A stretch of DNA of 64,000 nt. It comes from Gemmatimonadales bacterium. Lineage in GTDB: Bacteria; Gemmatimonadota; Gemmatimonadetes; Gemmatimonadales; GWC2-71-9. The notes under the pieces are model-generated. The model made no database searches, was not told the DNA's origin, and saw only the letters and a program-made list of their open reading frames with translations. Shown here piece after piece: positions 38,382-49,189 of this stretch. The position numbers were made by a program, and so were the translations under genes. Position 1 is the first letter of the stretch. Every line of letters begins with the position of its first letter. Location of the stretch: contig OZ252244.1 in assembly GCA_965249575.1 (NCBI GenBank), positions 2,880,001 to 2,944,000 on the forward strand, read 5' to 3'.

Positions 38382-38485
38382 GGGGTCCCGCCGTTGGGGT
38401 GGTCGATCGAGGGAAGCATTGGGTTGCCGGGCCGATGGCGGTCGGTTCGGTCGCGCCGGCGTAGACATAATCAAGGAGGCGGTTC

Positions 38486-39154
38486 ATGCGGCATCTGCTC
38501 GCGGCTGTGGCGACCATCGGTTGCCTGGTAGCCCCTCCACAGGTAGCGGCTCAATCGGCCGCCGAGCTGTGCAGGGAAATGTTCAGCAACCTGACTTCCG
38601 GTGCGTGGGCGGAGTACGATTTCTCGGGCGTTCGGGGTCCGCAGGGAATGAAGATGGCCGTGGTGGGAAAAGAAGGCTCGGGTCGCGACGCGCTTTACTG
38701 GTTCGAATTCAGTTTCCAGGGCGAGATGGGGTCGATGATCATGAAGGCCCTGGTGCCGGGCTGGCCGTACGATCCCGGTCAGGTTCGAGAGATGATCATG
38801 AAGATGGGAGACCGGCCAGCCATGAAGATGCCGGCGCAGGCTCTCACCATGATGCGAGATCGCTCACCAACGAACGTCGGACTCGAGAGCGCGCAGAAAT
38901 GCGGGGACGCCGACGTCGTGGGGAGGGAGAGCATCACTGTCCCGGCGGGCACGTTGAACACGGTCCACCTGCGGCCGACCGAAGGGGAGGGCGACCTCTG
39001 GGTGTCATCTGACGTGCCGTTCGGCATGGTGCGGTGGGTGAGCACGAGCGGCGAAGAGGTTACGCTCACGGACCATGGTACGGGCGCCACGACTGCTATC
39101 ACCGAAACACCGGTCGAAGGAATGCCCGGGATGGGTGGGCGGCGACGGCCCTAG
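38486..39154 (+). CDS. Exported hypothetical protein (Met-rich, ITVPAGT motif)
   Basis: AAGGAGG RBS; signal peptide ending VAA-Q; GAWAEY, ESITVPAGT, WVSSDVPFGMVR. Confidence 0.8.
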   Translation: MRHLLAAVATIGCLVAPPQVAAQSAAELCREMFSNLTSGAWAEYDFSGVRGPQGMKMAVVGKEGSGRDALYWFEFSFQGEMGSMIMKALVPGWPYDPGQVREMIMKMGDRPAMKMPAQALTMMRDRSPTNVGLESAQKCGDADVVGRESITVPAGTLNTVHLRPTEGEGDLWVSSDVPFGMVRWVSTSGEEVTLTDHGTGATTAITETPVEGMPGMGGRRRP

Positions 39155-39209
39155 TGACGGGCCTTCGCCACGAGCGAGGGCCAGGTACGCTGCTCCAAAG
39201 GGGGGTGAC

Positions 39210-41978
39210 ATGCGTTCTCGCAACGTCGTGATTGCCTTGTGGGTGGTCGCTCAGGTAACCGCGCCCGTGCTTGCGGAGGGGCAGGCGCCAGCCAATCCCG
39301 CGGTCGTTCCCCACATTGCGTTCGAGCAGTTCGTGCTCCCGAATGGGTTGACCGTTGTCGTTCATGAAGATCGCAAGGTGCCCATCGTTGCCGTCAACGT
39401 GTGGTACCACGTCGGCTCGAAGAATGAGAAACCGGGCAAGACGGGTTTCGCCCACCTGTTCGAACACCTGATGTTCAACGGGTCGGAAAACTACGACGAC
39501 GACTACTTCGGCCCGCTCGAAAAAGTCGGGGCCACGGATCTCAACGGGACGACGAACCCAGATCGCACGAATTATTTCCAGAACGTGCCCAGGCCGGCGC
39601 TCGATCTGGTTTTGTTTTTGGAGTCCGACCGGATGGGTCACCTCCTGGGTGCCGTCGACCAGGGGAGGCTCGACGAGCAGCGGGGAGTGGTGCAAAACGA
39701 GAAGCGACAGGGAGAGAATCAACCGTACGGCCTCGTCCGGCAGCTCATAGCAGAGAGCGCCTACCCGGTCGGCCATCCCTATCATTGGACCACGATCGGA
39801 TCAATGGAAGATCTCGAGGCGGCGAGCCTCGAGGATGTGCACGAGTGGTTCGGGACCTACTACGGTCCGAACAACGCGGTCGTGGTCGTTGCGGGCGACA
39901 TCGATCCCGCCACGGCGCGTGACCGGGTCGAGAAGTACTTCGGGCACATCCCTCCCGGGCTGCCGATCGCGCGGCTGGACCGGTGGATCGCGAAGATGTC
40001 AGGCGAGCGTCGTGGCGTCTTGCAGGATCGCGTGCCGCAGTCTCGGGTCTACAAAGTCTGGAACGTTCCGGAGTGGGGATCCGCGGAGGCGGATCATCTC
40101 GACCTGGTCAGCGACGTCCTGGCCTCCGGGAAGACATCGCGCCTCTACAAACGACTCGTCTACGACGACCAGATCGCGACGGATGTAGTAGCGTTCATCA
40201 GCAAGAGGGAGATCGGGAGCCAGTTCCAGATCATGGCGACGGCTCGTCCCGGGGGTGGCCTCGCCGCGGTGGAACGTGCGGTCGACGAAGAGTTGCAGCG
40301 TCTCATTGCCGAGGGGCCCGCACCCGAGGAGATGCGGCGGGTGAAGACCCAGTTCCGAGCCAGCTTCATTCGGGGAGCCGAACGAATCGGGGGGTTCGGG
40401 GGAAAATCCGACGTCCTCGCCACAAACATGGTATACGCCGGGGACCCCGGTTTCTATCGCAAGACGCTTCAGCGGGTTGCCGACGCCACGGCCGAGCAGC
40501 TCCAGTCGGTCGCGCGCCAGTGGCTGTCGGACGGCGTATACGTGCTCGAGGTGCATCCGGTGGAGCAGCTCCAGGCGGCTGGTGACGGGGTCGACCGCTC
40601 TTCCCTACCGACGGTCGCCGAGTTGCCCGCCCCTCGCTTTCCAGAACTGGAACGTACGACGCTTTCCAACGGACTCGAGGTCATTTTGGCTCGGCGGGAT
40701 GCGGTGCCGGCGGTCGATTTCCACCTGCTGGTCGACGCCGGGTTCGCGGCGGATCAGCATGGCGTTCCGGGCACGGCCAGCCTCGCGATGAACATGCTCG
40801 ACGAAGGGACGAAAACCAGAAACTCGCTCGAAATCAGCGATGCGCTGGCGCGCATCGGTGCGCGGCTCCGAAGCGGGTCGAACCTCGACCTGTCCAGTGT
40901 GTCCCTCTCAACCCTGGTCGAGCACACGGATTCGGGCCTGGTCTTACTGGCCGACGTCATCCAGAATCCGAGCTTTCCGCAGCCGGACTTCGAGCGGCTG
41001 AAAGCGGAGCAGCTGGCGCGAATTCAGCGGGAGAAGGCCACCCCTGTGCAGATCGCGCTCCGTGTGTTTCCTCAGTTGCTATATGGAGAAGGGCATGCAT
41101 ACAGCACGCCGCTGACTGGATCCGGAACCGAGGAGTCGATCTCTGGGCTGTCACGAGATGCCCTGGTCCGGTTCCACCAGGACTGGTTCACTCCGTCCAA
41201 CGCCACGCTCGTCGCGGTCGGCGCGATCACGCTGGCGGAGCTGACGCCCAAGCTGGAACGGCTGCTGGGTGGGTGGCAATCGAGGAGCGTACCCACGAAG
41301 AACGTGGCAGAGGTGTCCCGAAAAACGAGCCCATCCGTGTACCTGATCGACCGGCCGGGCTCCCAGCAATCGATTATCTTCGCCGGCCACGTGGCCCCCC
41401 CGAAGAACAACAAGCGAGAAGTCGCGTTGGAGGTGTTGAACGATCTCCTGGGCGGCAGTTTTAGCTCGCGAATCAACATGAATCTGCGGGAAGAGAAAGG
41501 GTGGTCGTACGGCGCGTTCACGTTCCTGTGGGACGCTCGCGGCCAGCGCCCGTTCATCGCGTACGCGCCAGTGCAGACCGACAAGACGCGAGAGTCACTG
41601 GAGGAGCTCGTTGGAGAGCTTCGCGACATCATAGGCTCGCGGCCCGCCACCGTGGACGAGCTCGCAAAGGCGCAGGCGAATCTCACGCTGAGCCTTCCCG
41701 GCCGGTGGGAGACCAATGCTGCGGTGGGGGAATCCATCGCTGAGCTGGTCCGGTTCCGCCTCCCCCACGATTATTACGACGGATACGCTGCTGCCGTCCG
41801 GGGCGTGGTGGTTGAGGAGCTTGCGGACGTCGCGCGGCAGGTCGTTCATCCCGACGCGCTGGTGTGGGTCATCGTAGGTGACCAAGCCAAGATCGAGCAG
41901 AGTATCCGGGACCTGCGCCTCGGGGAGGTCGGGCTGCTCGACACCGACGGGAGACCGGTGAGCCCTGGTGCGTCGTGA
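39210..41978 (+). CDS. M16 (pitrilysin/PqqL-like) zinc peptidase
   Basis: LPNGL.V, YHVGS.NE..GKTGFAHLFEHLMF (HxxEH), NGTT..DRTNY; second module with SSRINMNLREEKGWSYG. Confidence 0.95.
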   Translation: MRSRNVVIALWVVAQVTAPVLAEGQAPANPAVVPHIAFEQFVLPNGLTVVVHEDRKVPIVAVNVWYHVGSKNEKPGKTGFAHLFEHLMFNGSENYDDDYFGPLEKVGATDLNGTTNPDRTNYFQNVPRPALDLVLFLESDRMGHLLGAVDQGRLDEQRGVVQNEKRQGENQPYGLVRQLIAESAYPVGHPYHWTTIGSMEDLEAASLEDVHEWFGTYYGPNNAVVVVAGDIDPATARDRVEKYFGHIPPGLPIARLDRWIAKMSGERRGVLQDRVPQSRVYKVWNVPEWGSAEADHLDLVSDVLASGKTSRLYKRLVYDDQIATDVVAFISKREIGSQFQIMATARPGGGLAAVERAVDEELQRLIAEGPAPEEMRRVKTQFRASFIRGAERIGGFGGKSDVLATNMVYAGDPGFYRKTLQRVADATAEQLQSVARQWLSDGVYVLEVHPVEQLQAAGDGVDRSSLPTVAELPAPRFPELERTTLSNGLEVILARRDAVPAVDFHLLVDAGFAADQHGVPGTASLAMNMLDEGTKTRNSLEISDALARIGARLRSGSNLDLSSVSLSTLVEHTDSGLVLLADVIQNPSFPQPDFERLKAEQLARIQREKATPVQIALRVFPQLLYGEGHAYSTPLTGSGTEESISGLSRDALVRFHQDWFTPSNATLVAVGAITLAELTPKLERLLGGWQSRSVPTKNVAEVSRKTSPSVYLIDRPGSQQSIIFAGHVAPPKNNKREVALEVLNDLLGGSFSSRINMNLREEKGWSYGAFTFLWDARGQRPFIAYAPVQTDKTRESLEELVGELRDIIGSRPATVDELAKAQANLTLSLPGRWETNAAVGESIAELVRFRLPHDYYDGYAAAVRGVVVEELADVARQVVHPDALVWVIVGDQAKIEQSIRDLRLGEVGLLDTDGRPVSPGAS

Positions 41979-41982
41979 TCTC

Positions 41983-42125
41983 ATGGTGGCCGGTGCTTCC
42001 CGCAGGAGCCGGCTGAAGCGGCGGCCGCCGAGGCGGGCGCCCAAGTTCTTGCCGCCGGCGGAAACGCCATCGACGCGGCCGTAGCCATTTTGTTTGTGCT
42101 CGCCGTCACCGAGCCCGTGGGTAGA
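41983..42125 (+). pseudogene. N-terminal remnant of gamma-glutamyltransferase
   Basis: MVAGAS, then out of frame AAAEAGAQVLAAGGNAIDAAVAILFVLAVTEP, the GGT N-terminal signature; homology stops there. Confidence 0.82.
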
Positions 42126-42292
42126 CGTCGGCGGGGCGGAAATCGAGCGCGCGGTCGGCGCCTCGCGGATCCACGTCGTTCCGCCAAGCCGGCGGTTCCC
42201 CAGGGATGGCGCAGTCGCGTTCGCGACGGCTACGGTGGCGCTAGCGAAAACTAGAGCGGCCGCCGACCTGGGCCGTAGGGACAGGAGTGCCG

Positions 42293-42961
42293 ATGGAGCC
42301 CCCCCCACACATTCCCCTCGACACGTTCAGGGAGTATCCGGTTCCCGAGATGCGCCGCAGGGCATCGGATTTCCATGCCGAGATGCACCGCCGGAGAACG
42401 GTCCGCGACTTCTCAGACCGGGAGGTACCCAAGGGGATCATCGAAGACTGTGTCCGGGCGGCGGGTACCGCCCCGAGCGGGGCCAACATGCAACCGTGGC
42501 ATTTCGTCATCGTGGGCGACGCGGACGTCAAGCGGCGCATACGTGAGGCCGCCGAATGCGAGGAGCGGGAGTTCTACGAATCACGCGCTCCCGAAGAATG
42601 GCTCCAGGCGCTTGGTCCTCTCGGAACGGACGAGCACAAGCCCTTTCTCGAGGTCGCTCCCTGGCTCATCGCCATCTTCGCCCGGCGCTATGGGATCGCC
42701 CCCGGTGGGCGAAAGACCCAGCACTACTACGTGTCCGAGTCGGTCGGGATTGCGACGGGGCTACTGATCGCGGCGGTGCACAGCGCTGGGCTGGTGTCAC
42801 TCACGCATACGCCCAGCCCCATGCGGTTCCTCAATCCTATTCTGGGACGGCCCGACAACGAGCGGCCTTTTTTGCTGTTGGTGGTCGGATATCCAGCGGA
42901 CGACGCCACCGTCCCCGACATCGAGCGGAAGCCGTTCCGGGAGATTGCCGATTTCGTTTGA
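42293..42961 (+). CDS. Nitroreductase-fold flavoprotein, iodotyrosine deiodinase-like
   Basis: [31 protein letters not shown]...L.PLGT...[27 protein letters not shown]. Confidence 0.9.
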   Translation: MEPPPHIPLDTFREYPVPEMRRRASDFHAEMHRRRTVRDFSDREVPKGIIEDCVRAAGTAPSGANMQPWHFVIVGDADVKRRIREAAECEEREFYESRAPEEWLQALGPLGTDEHKPFLEVAPWLIAIFARRYGIAPGGRKTQHYYVSESVGIATGLLIAAVHSAGLVSLTHTPSPMRFLNPILGRPDNERPFLLLVVGYPADDATVPDIERKPFREIADFV

Positions 42962-42973
42962 GCGTTCGGCGAC

Positions 42974-45175
42974 TTATTCCAGACGAGGGATGACAACGGC
43001 AGTCGTGCAGCCCGCGTGCTCCACGATGGTCGCGGTTCCCTCCCCAAAGAACAGCGGTTGGTTCAAGATCTTCTTCTCGGCGCCGAGCACGAGCAGGTCG
43101 TAGTATCCGGAATCGGTTTCCTGAATGATCGTGCCTGCCGGGTCGCCGCTCGCAAGGATCCGGATGTCCCACGGGACTTCGTCGGCCGAAGCCAGCGAGT
43201 TGAAATCTTCGCGAAATCCCTCTTGCAGCTCCGCCACGCGCGTGGCGGCCACGCCGTGCGCCTCGCGGCGTTCGGGCGCCCACAGCGCCCCGCCCGACAT
43301 CTGCGTTTCGCTGATGACGTGCAAGAGAGTCACCCGCGCCTGTGCCGCTGCGGCGTAGGCGAAGGCGAACTCGACTGCGTATCGGGCGAAGACGCTGCCG
43401 TCCACCGGCACGATGACTCGCCGGTACTTGTCGGGTGGCGTGATGGTCTCGGTGCGGACGATCACCATGGGCAGGCTCGCCTCACGCAGGACGGTTCCGA
43501 TCATCGTCCGTCCGAGCAGTTGGTGCGCTGCGGCCCCGATCATCAGGAGATCGTAGTCTCTCGCTGCTTCTTCGAGCACGGCGGTCGCCGGATTGACTGC
43601 GCGGACTCTCCGCGTCGAGAACAGCTTGGAGTCGTCGCCCAGCCTCGCGGCGGCGGCCTCGAGGTGGCGTTCGAGTCCCCTGCCGGCGAGCGACTTCCGG
43701 CGGGGGAGGAGGCGCTTCCATAAGAGTTGCCGCCGCCGGAGGCGCAGCTTGACATAGAGCGCCGTGAGTGTGCCTTTGCGAGATCGGATCAGCGGTGCGG
43801 CAAGGGCGAACGCCGCGAGTGCGTTGCTGCCCCCTGCCGTCGGTACCAGAATGCGCAGCGGCCCAGCGGGCAGCATGAGTTGGCGCGTGTCCGCTTCGAG
43901 CCGGCGGCGCTCCTCGTCGGTGAGGGGAAGCTTCGGTGCCACGACTCGCAGCATTGAAGGAGCCAGGAACGATGTGATCACCGCGATGAGCACGATGGTC
44001 GAATACATCTCTGCAGTGAGCAGGCCCAGCGAGCTACCGATCAGCGCCACGATTAATCCCATGGCGCCGCGTGCGTTCATCGCAAAGCCCAGCGCGAGCG
44101 CTTCCCAGTGCGACATGTTGCCGAGGCGGGCGCCGGCATAGCAGCCCGCGAGTTTGGCGGCGACTGCGACGCTGAGGACAACGGCCGGTACCACCCACCC
44201 AGTCAGTGCCCACAGGTCGGCGGTGAGCCCAACGTAGGCGAAGAAGATCGGGGAGAGGACGGACAGGACGAATTGTTCCAGCGTGTGCAGTGACGACTGC
44301 TTGACCCGCGGGATCTGGCGCAGCATCAGTCCGGCGACGAACGCGCCGAAAACCGCGTGCACTCCCACGAACTCAGCAGCGGCGGCACTGAAGAATGTCA
44401 CGCCCATGATGAGCGTGAGATCGGCTCCGGCGAGCTCGACACGCTCATTGACGTAACGGACGAGCCGGGCGAGCACCGGGTAGGCGAGCCAGCGCATGAC
44501 GACCAAGAACAATCCGAGCCCAAGAATCGTCAGCGCGAGCCGCCCACCCGAGAATCCGCCGCCGGTCGCCGCGCCGGCGATGATGGAGAGGATCATCCAG
44601 CCCACGGTGTCATCGAGTACGCCCGCCGACAGCGTCACGACTCCCAGATTTCGCTTGATGAGGTTGAGATCGATCAGGATCTTGGCGATGACGGGTAACG
44701 CGGTGATTGCCATGCCGGTCGCGAGCAGCGCGGAAAACAGGATTCGGTCGGTCGGATCGACCAGGAACCGGTCCGGCAGGAACCAGCCAACGACAAACGC
44801 AGTGGAAAACGTGAGTCCCATTCCGCAGGCGGAGGCGAACAAGGCGGCGCGGCCAAGCGACATCATCACTCGGATGTCCGTCTCGAGCCCCGTGAGGAGG
44901 AGGAGGAGCACGAGCCCGAGCCACGAGATGACCTCCAGCAGGTGAAACTGGGCGACTTCTTGAGGGAAGACCTGTAGGAAGATCTCGGGTGCGAAATGTC
45001 CGAGAACGGTGGGTCCAAGCAGAAGGCCGGCTAAGAGCTCCCCCAACACAGCGGGCTGGCCGAGCCGTCGCATGCCCTCTGCCAATAGGCGCGCCAAGGC
45101 CAAAAGCCCCGCAAGCTGCAGGAACAGCACCCGGATCGCGTGACCCGAGATCGGTTGAAGGAGTGCCTCATCCAT
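42974..45175 (-). CDS. CPA2 cation:proton antiporter with two C-terminal USP-like domains
   Basis: QPAVLGELLAG.LLGPT.LG, LTGLETD, ITALPVIAKIL, DDTVGW, FGAFVAG, MNARG; USP motifs RILVPTAGG and RVIVPVDGS. Confidence 0.92.
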   Translation of the reverse strand: MDEALLQPISGHAIRVLFLQLAGLLALARLLAEGMRRLGQPAVLGELLAGLLLGPTVLGHFAPEIFLQVFPQEVAQFHLLEVISWLGLVLLLLLTGLETDIRVMMSLGRAALFASACGMGLTFSTAFVVGWFLPDRFLVDPTDRILFSALLATGMAITALPVIAKILIDLNLIKRNLGVVTLSAGVLDDTVGWMILSIIAGAATGGGFSGGRLALTILGLGLFLVVMRWLAYPVLARLVRYVNERVELAGADLTLIMGVTFFSAAAAEFVGVHAVFGAFVAGLMLRQIPRVKQSSLHTLEQFVLSVLSPIFFAYVGLTADLWALTGWVVPAVVLSVAVAAKLAGCYAGARLGNMSHWEALALGFAMNARGAMGLIVALIGSSLGLLTAEMYSTIVLIAVITSFLAPSMLRVVAPKLPLTDEERRRLEADTRQLMLPAGPLRILVPTAGGSNALAAFALAAPLIRSRKGTLTALYVKLRLRRRQLLWKRLLPRRKSLAGRGLERHLEAAAARLGDDSKLFSTRRVRAVNPATAVLEEAARDYDLLMIGAAAHQLLGRTMIGTVLREASLPMVIVRTETITPPDKYRRVIVPVDGSVFARYAVEFAFAYAAAAQARVTLLHVISETQMSGGALWAPERREAHGVAATRVAELQEGFREDFNSLASADEVPWDIRILASGDPAGTIIQETDSGYYDLLVLGAEKKILNQPLFFGEGTATIVEHAGCTTAVVIPRLE

Positions 45176-45338
45176 TGTCAATCCGGCATTAAGCTTAATC
45201 AGGTAACTATGATCGGCAATTCGGGCGGGGGGGGACGCGCGGCACGCAGGTCCGGCCGTCTTCTCGGGTCCCCCGCCTTGAGAAATGCCCTGCCGGTTCG
45301 TTTAGTTGAGACGTGACAGCCCTGGCCGGAGGACTTGT

Positions 45339-46772
45339 TTGCTGCTTGAGCGCTTCTATGACGAGGGATTGGCACAGGCCAGCTATCTGGTAGGTTGCAC
45401 CGCCGCGGGAGAGGCGTTGGTCGTCGATCCGAACCGGGACGTCGAGCAGTATGTACGAGCGGCTTGGATTCGTGGGCTCTCCGTGTCGCATGTCGCGGAG
45501 ACGCATATCCACGCGGATTTTGTCTCGGGCAGTCGTGAGCTCGCGGAACGGACGAACGCCCTGCTCTACCTGTCCGGTGAAGGTGGTGACGAATGGGAGT
45601 ACGCCTTCTCCGCGGGGGCGGGCACGGTTCGCCTACGGCATGGAGACACGTTGACGGTGGGCCAGATACGGCTCGAGGTCGCGCACACGCCCGGACATAC
45701 GCCGGAGCATCTGTGTTTCTTGGTGACCGACACCGCGGCGGCCAGCAAGCCGATGGGTCTGTTCACTGGCGATTGCGTGTTTGTGGGCGACGTCGGACGG
45801 CCCGACCTGCTCGAGCGCGCCGCAAAGATTACGGGAACGATGCGGCATTCCGCGCGCCAACTCTATGCTTCGCTCCAGTGGTTCGCCGAGCAACCGGACT
45901 ACCTTCAGGTGTGGCCCGGACACGGGGCGGGATCGGCGTGCGGGCGCTCACTGGGTGCCGTCCCGCAATCGACAGTCGGTTACGAGAGGCTGTTCAACTG
46001 GGCACTGCAAGAGATGAGCGAGCAGCAGTTTGTCGACGCGGTGCTCGCCGGACAACCCGAGCCGCCCAAATACTTCCCTCATATGAAGCGAATCAACCGG
46101 GAGGGCCCAATGATGCTCGACGGATTCGGGCGGCCGGCTCAGCTCCCTACATCTGATCTCGATCGGTTGATCGCAGACGGCGCGACGGTCGTCGATTGCC
46201 GCGCCGCAGGCGATTATGCGCTCGGGCATGTTCCCGGTACCATCAACATTCCGGTTGATCGGTCATTTGCGACTTGGGCGGGGTGGCTCGTGCCCTACAC
46301 CGAGGACTTCTATCTCATCATCGAAGAGCGGGAGGACGTCCTCGACCGGGCGCTGAGGGAGCTGGCCTTGATTGGATTGGATCGAGCGGGCGGGTATTTC
46401 CGGGTCGATACCATCGACGGCTGGACGGCCACCGGCCGGCCCCTCGAAGCAATCCCTCAGGTGACCGCGGCCCACGTTGCGGCGTCGCTTGCGAGCGGCG
46501 ATGTGAGCGTGGTCGACGTACGCGGAAAAGCGGAATGGGAGGCCGAGCACCTTCCAGGGGTCCGTAACATCCCTCTCGGATACCTAGAGGACCATATCGC
46601 AGAGTTGCAGGGCCTTCCTGAGGTCGTGGTACAGTGCGAAAGCGGTGCGCGATCGTCCGTCGCCGCCGGTGTGCTCCGCGCGAAGGGAATCTCGGGTGTG
46701 GCGAATCTCGTCGGGGGATTGGCCGAATGGCGCTCGCTGGGCTACCCGGTCGAGCGGGAGACGGGAGGCTGA
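45339..46772 (+). CDS. MBL-fold persulfide-dioxygenase-like hydrolase fused to two rhodanese domains (CstB-like)
   Basis: LAQASYL, ETHIHADFVSG, HTPGHTPEH, TGD..FVGDVGRPDL, PGHGAGSACG; rhodanese loop CESGARS, GG..EW. Confidence 0.92.
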   Translation: MLLERFYDEGLAQASYLVGCTAAGEALVVDPNRDVEQYVRAAWIRGLSVSHVAETHIHADFVSGSRELAERTNALLYLSGEGGDEWEYAFSAGAGTVRLRHGDTLTVGQIRLEVAHTPGHTPEHLCFLVTDTAAASKPMGLFTGDCVFVGDVGRPDLLERAAKITGTMRHSARQLYASLQWFAEQPDYLQVWPGHGAGSACGRSLGAVPQSTVGYERLFNWALQEMSEQQFVDAVLAGQPEPPKYFPHMKRINREGPMMLDGFGRPAQLPTSDLDRLIADGATVVDCRAAGDYALGHVPGTINIPVDRSFATWAGWLVPYTEDFYLIIEEREDVLDRALRELALIGLDRAGGYFRVDTIDGWTATGRPLEAIPQVTAAHVAASLASGDVSVVDVRGKAEWEAEHLPGVRNIPLGYLEDHIAELQGLPEVVVQCESGARSSVAAGVLRAKGISGVANLVGGLAEWRSLGYPVERETGG

Positions 46773-46897
46773 CCACTCAGCAAAGCCCAGCCTGGCATCT
46801 CGCGTCGTCGATCCTCGCCCCGTCTCTCCATGTATATTGATTCAGAGGCGGCCGGCGGTCGCCACCACTCCAAAGCGACGCACACCATGCCCTCGAC

Positions 46898-49171
46898 ATG
46901 CCGAAGGAACTGACGTCAGTCGGTGGGAATCCGCGCATGCGCGGCTCGTCTCGTGGGACGCGCGATTCTCCGCTCGTAGTTGTCAGTAACCGATTGCCGT
47001 TCACAACGGTGTATCGATCCGACGGTGTTCACTTCAATCGATCGACTGGGGGTCTGGTATCTGCGCTCGAGCCTCTGCTGTCCCAGCGAGGTGGTGTCTG
47101 GATCGGATGGTCGGGAGTTCCAGACGAGCGGCTGGGGTCAGCGGGCGAATCGACGACGCCCAGCTCGGGGCGAATCACGTATCGGCACGTCCCACTGTCC
47201 AGCCGGGACGTCGCGCAGTACTACGGGGGGTTCTCGAACCGGACGCTCTGGCCGCTGCTCCACTACTTCATCGGACGCACCCAGATCGACAACGCTTCAT
47301 GGAGGGCATACGAGCGAGTCAACGAGCAGTTCGCGAACGTAGCGGTCGACGCGGCCGACCGGGACGCGCTCATCTGGGTCCACGACTACCAGCTCCTGCG
47401 CGTCCCGCATTACATCCGCAGTCTCGATCCCCGGCGGCGGATCGGCTTCTTTCTGCATGTGCCGTTTCCCGCCTACGACGTGTTTCGAATCCTCCCGTGG
47501 TCCCGCGCGCTGCTCCGTGGCATCCTGGCATCCGACCTGGTGGGATTTCACGTCGGTGAGTACGTGGATCACTTCCTCACCTGTGCCGAGCGTTCGCTGG
47601 GTTGCGTCGTGGATCGAAGCACTGGGATCGTAGAGTTTGAGGGGCGCGAGGTGTCTGTTCAGGCCCATCCGATTGGGATCGATGTCGCCCACATCGAAGA
47701 GCTCGCGCGAACGAGCGAACCGCCTGTTGATGCCGCGAGCCCGGGTCGCGTAGCCGAGATTCTGGGAGTCGATCGCCTCGATTACACGAAGGGCATCAAC
47801 CAGCGCCTCCTCGCGGTCGAGCGGCTGTTCGAGCGTCACCCGGCCTTTCGCAAGCGCGCGGTGTTTACACAGCTGGCCGTGCCTAGCCGAGAGAAAGTTG
47901 CGGAATACCGCGAGCTCAAGCGGGAAGTCGATGAGACGGTTGGTCGCATCAACGGTCGTTTTTCCGATCGTGGCTGGACCCCTATCCGCTACCTGACACG
48001 CTCCGTCCCAATCAAGGAGCTGGTTGGGCTCTATCGGCACGCCGATGTGGCCCTGCTGACGCCGCTGCGCGACGGGATGAATCTCGTCGCGAAGGAATAC
48101 GTGGCGTCGTGCGTCGACGATCGAGGTGTATTGGTCCTCTCGGAAATGACAGGAGCGGCCGTCGAGCTTCAGGAGGCCCTACAGGTCAATCCCCTGGACG
48201 TCGAGGCCGTGGCGGAGTCGCTCTATAGGGCGCTTTCGATGCCCGATGACGAGCGGCGCGCTCGGATGTCGGCTCTCAGACATCGGGTGCGCTCCAATGA
48301 CGTCCGGGTGTGGGCCACACGCTTTTTGAAGGCGGCAGAGGAGGCGGCGACTCGCTCCAGGTCGGAAGCCCCGTCAGTGGTCGACGAGCTTCGCCGCCGC
48401 TTGCAACCCTGGCTTGCCCAGGAGCCAATGGTCACGCTGTTTCTCGATTTCGACATACTGCACGCACCGTCCAGCGGGAAAGGCCGGCCCGCCCGTCTGG
48501 GGAAAGACGTTCAGGAGGTGCTGATCCACGCGTCGGAGATGTACCATCTGCACACGGTGATCGTGTCAGCGCGTCCCCTGGACGATCTCGAGGCGCTGGT
48601 CGCGGTTCCCGGACTGACCTACGTGGCCAGTGACGGGTTGGAGATCGACGGGCCGGGGGTCGAGTACCGCCACGAAGCATTGGATACCTTCAGGCCGGGG
48701 CTCAAACGCGCCGAGGAAGCCGTCACGGCCCTGGCGGTCGAGGGCGCCAAGATCGAGCGCCAAAGCGCACGCGTGACCTGCGATCTGCGGGACGTGCCCG
48801 AGCCAAAGCGCTCTGACGCCATGCGTCGGATGGAGCTCTTGCTCCGGAGACGTCAGCTCGTCGTCGCTCGCGAGAACGGGATTATCAGGGCCCGCGCCCC
48901 CGCGGAATGGCACAAGGGACACGCCGTCCTGCACGTATTGGTGCGCCGACACGGGGCCGACTGGCCGTCACGGGCCCGCGCCCTCTACATCGGGGATGAT
49001 GGAGCGGACGAAAATGCTTTCCGGTCATTGCGCGGGATCGGGCGATCGGTCGCCGTTGGTCCCAGCAGGTCGCCGACCACTAGCGCGGATTTTTTTCTGC
49101 CCAATCCCCACGAAGTGGTCGAGTTGCTCCGGTGGCTAGCGTCTGGTGCGTTCGCCGATCCGGCGGCGTGA
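46898..49171 (+). CDS. otsA: Trehalose-6-phosphate synthase fused to a T6P-phosphatase-like HAD domain
   Basis: [58 protein letters not shown]-terminal W.KG.AV, GDD..DE.AF. Confidence 0.93.
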   Translation: MPKELTSVGGNPRMRGSSRGTRDSPLVVVSNRLPFTTVYRSDGVHFNRSTGGLVSALEPLLSQRGGVWIGWSGVPDERLGSAGESTTPSSGRITYRHVPLSSRDVAQYYGGFSNRTLWPLLHYFIGRTQIDNASWRAYERVNEQFANVAVDAADRDALIWVHDYQLLRVPHYIRSLDPRRRIGFFLHVPFPAYDVFRILPWSRALLRGILASDLVGFHVGEYVDHFLTCAERSLGCVVDRSTGIVEFEGREVSVQAHPIGIDVAHIEELARTSEPPVDAASPGRVAEILGVDRLDYTKGINQRLLAVERLFERHPAFRKRAVFTQLAVPSREKVAEYRELKREVDETVGRINGRFSDRGWTPIRYLTRSVPIKELVGLYRHADVALLTPLRDGMNLVAKEYVASCVDDRGVLVLSEMTGAAVELQEALQVNPLDVEAVAESLYRALSMPDDERRARMSALRHRVRSNDVRVWATRFLKAAEEAATRSRSEAPSVVDELRRRLQPWLAQEPMVTLFLDFDILHAPSSGKGRPARLGKDVQEVLIHASEMYHLHTVIVSARPLDDLEALVAVPGLTYVASDGLEIDGPGVEYRHEALDTFRPGLKRAEEAVTALAVEGAKIERQSARVTCDLRDVPEPKRSDAMRRMELLLRRRQLVVARENGIIRARAPAEWHKGHAVLHVLVRRHGADWPSRARALYIGDDGADENAFRSLRGIGRSVAVGPSRSPTTSADFFLPNPHEVVELLRWLASGAFADPAA

Positions 49172-49189
49172 ATCGGAAGTGACCACCAG

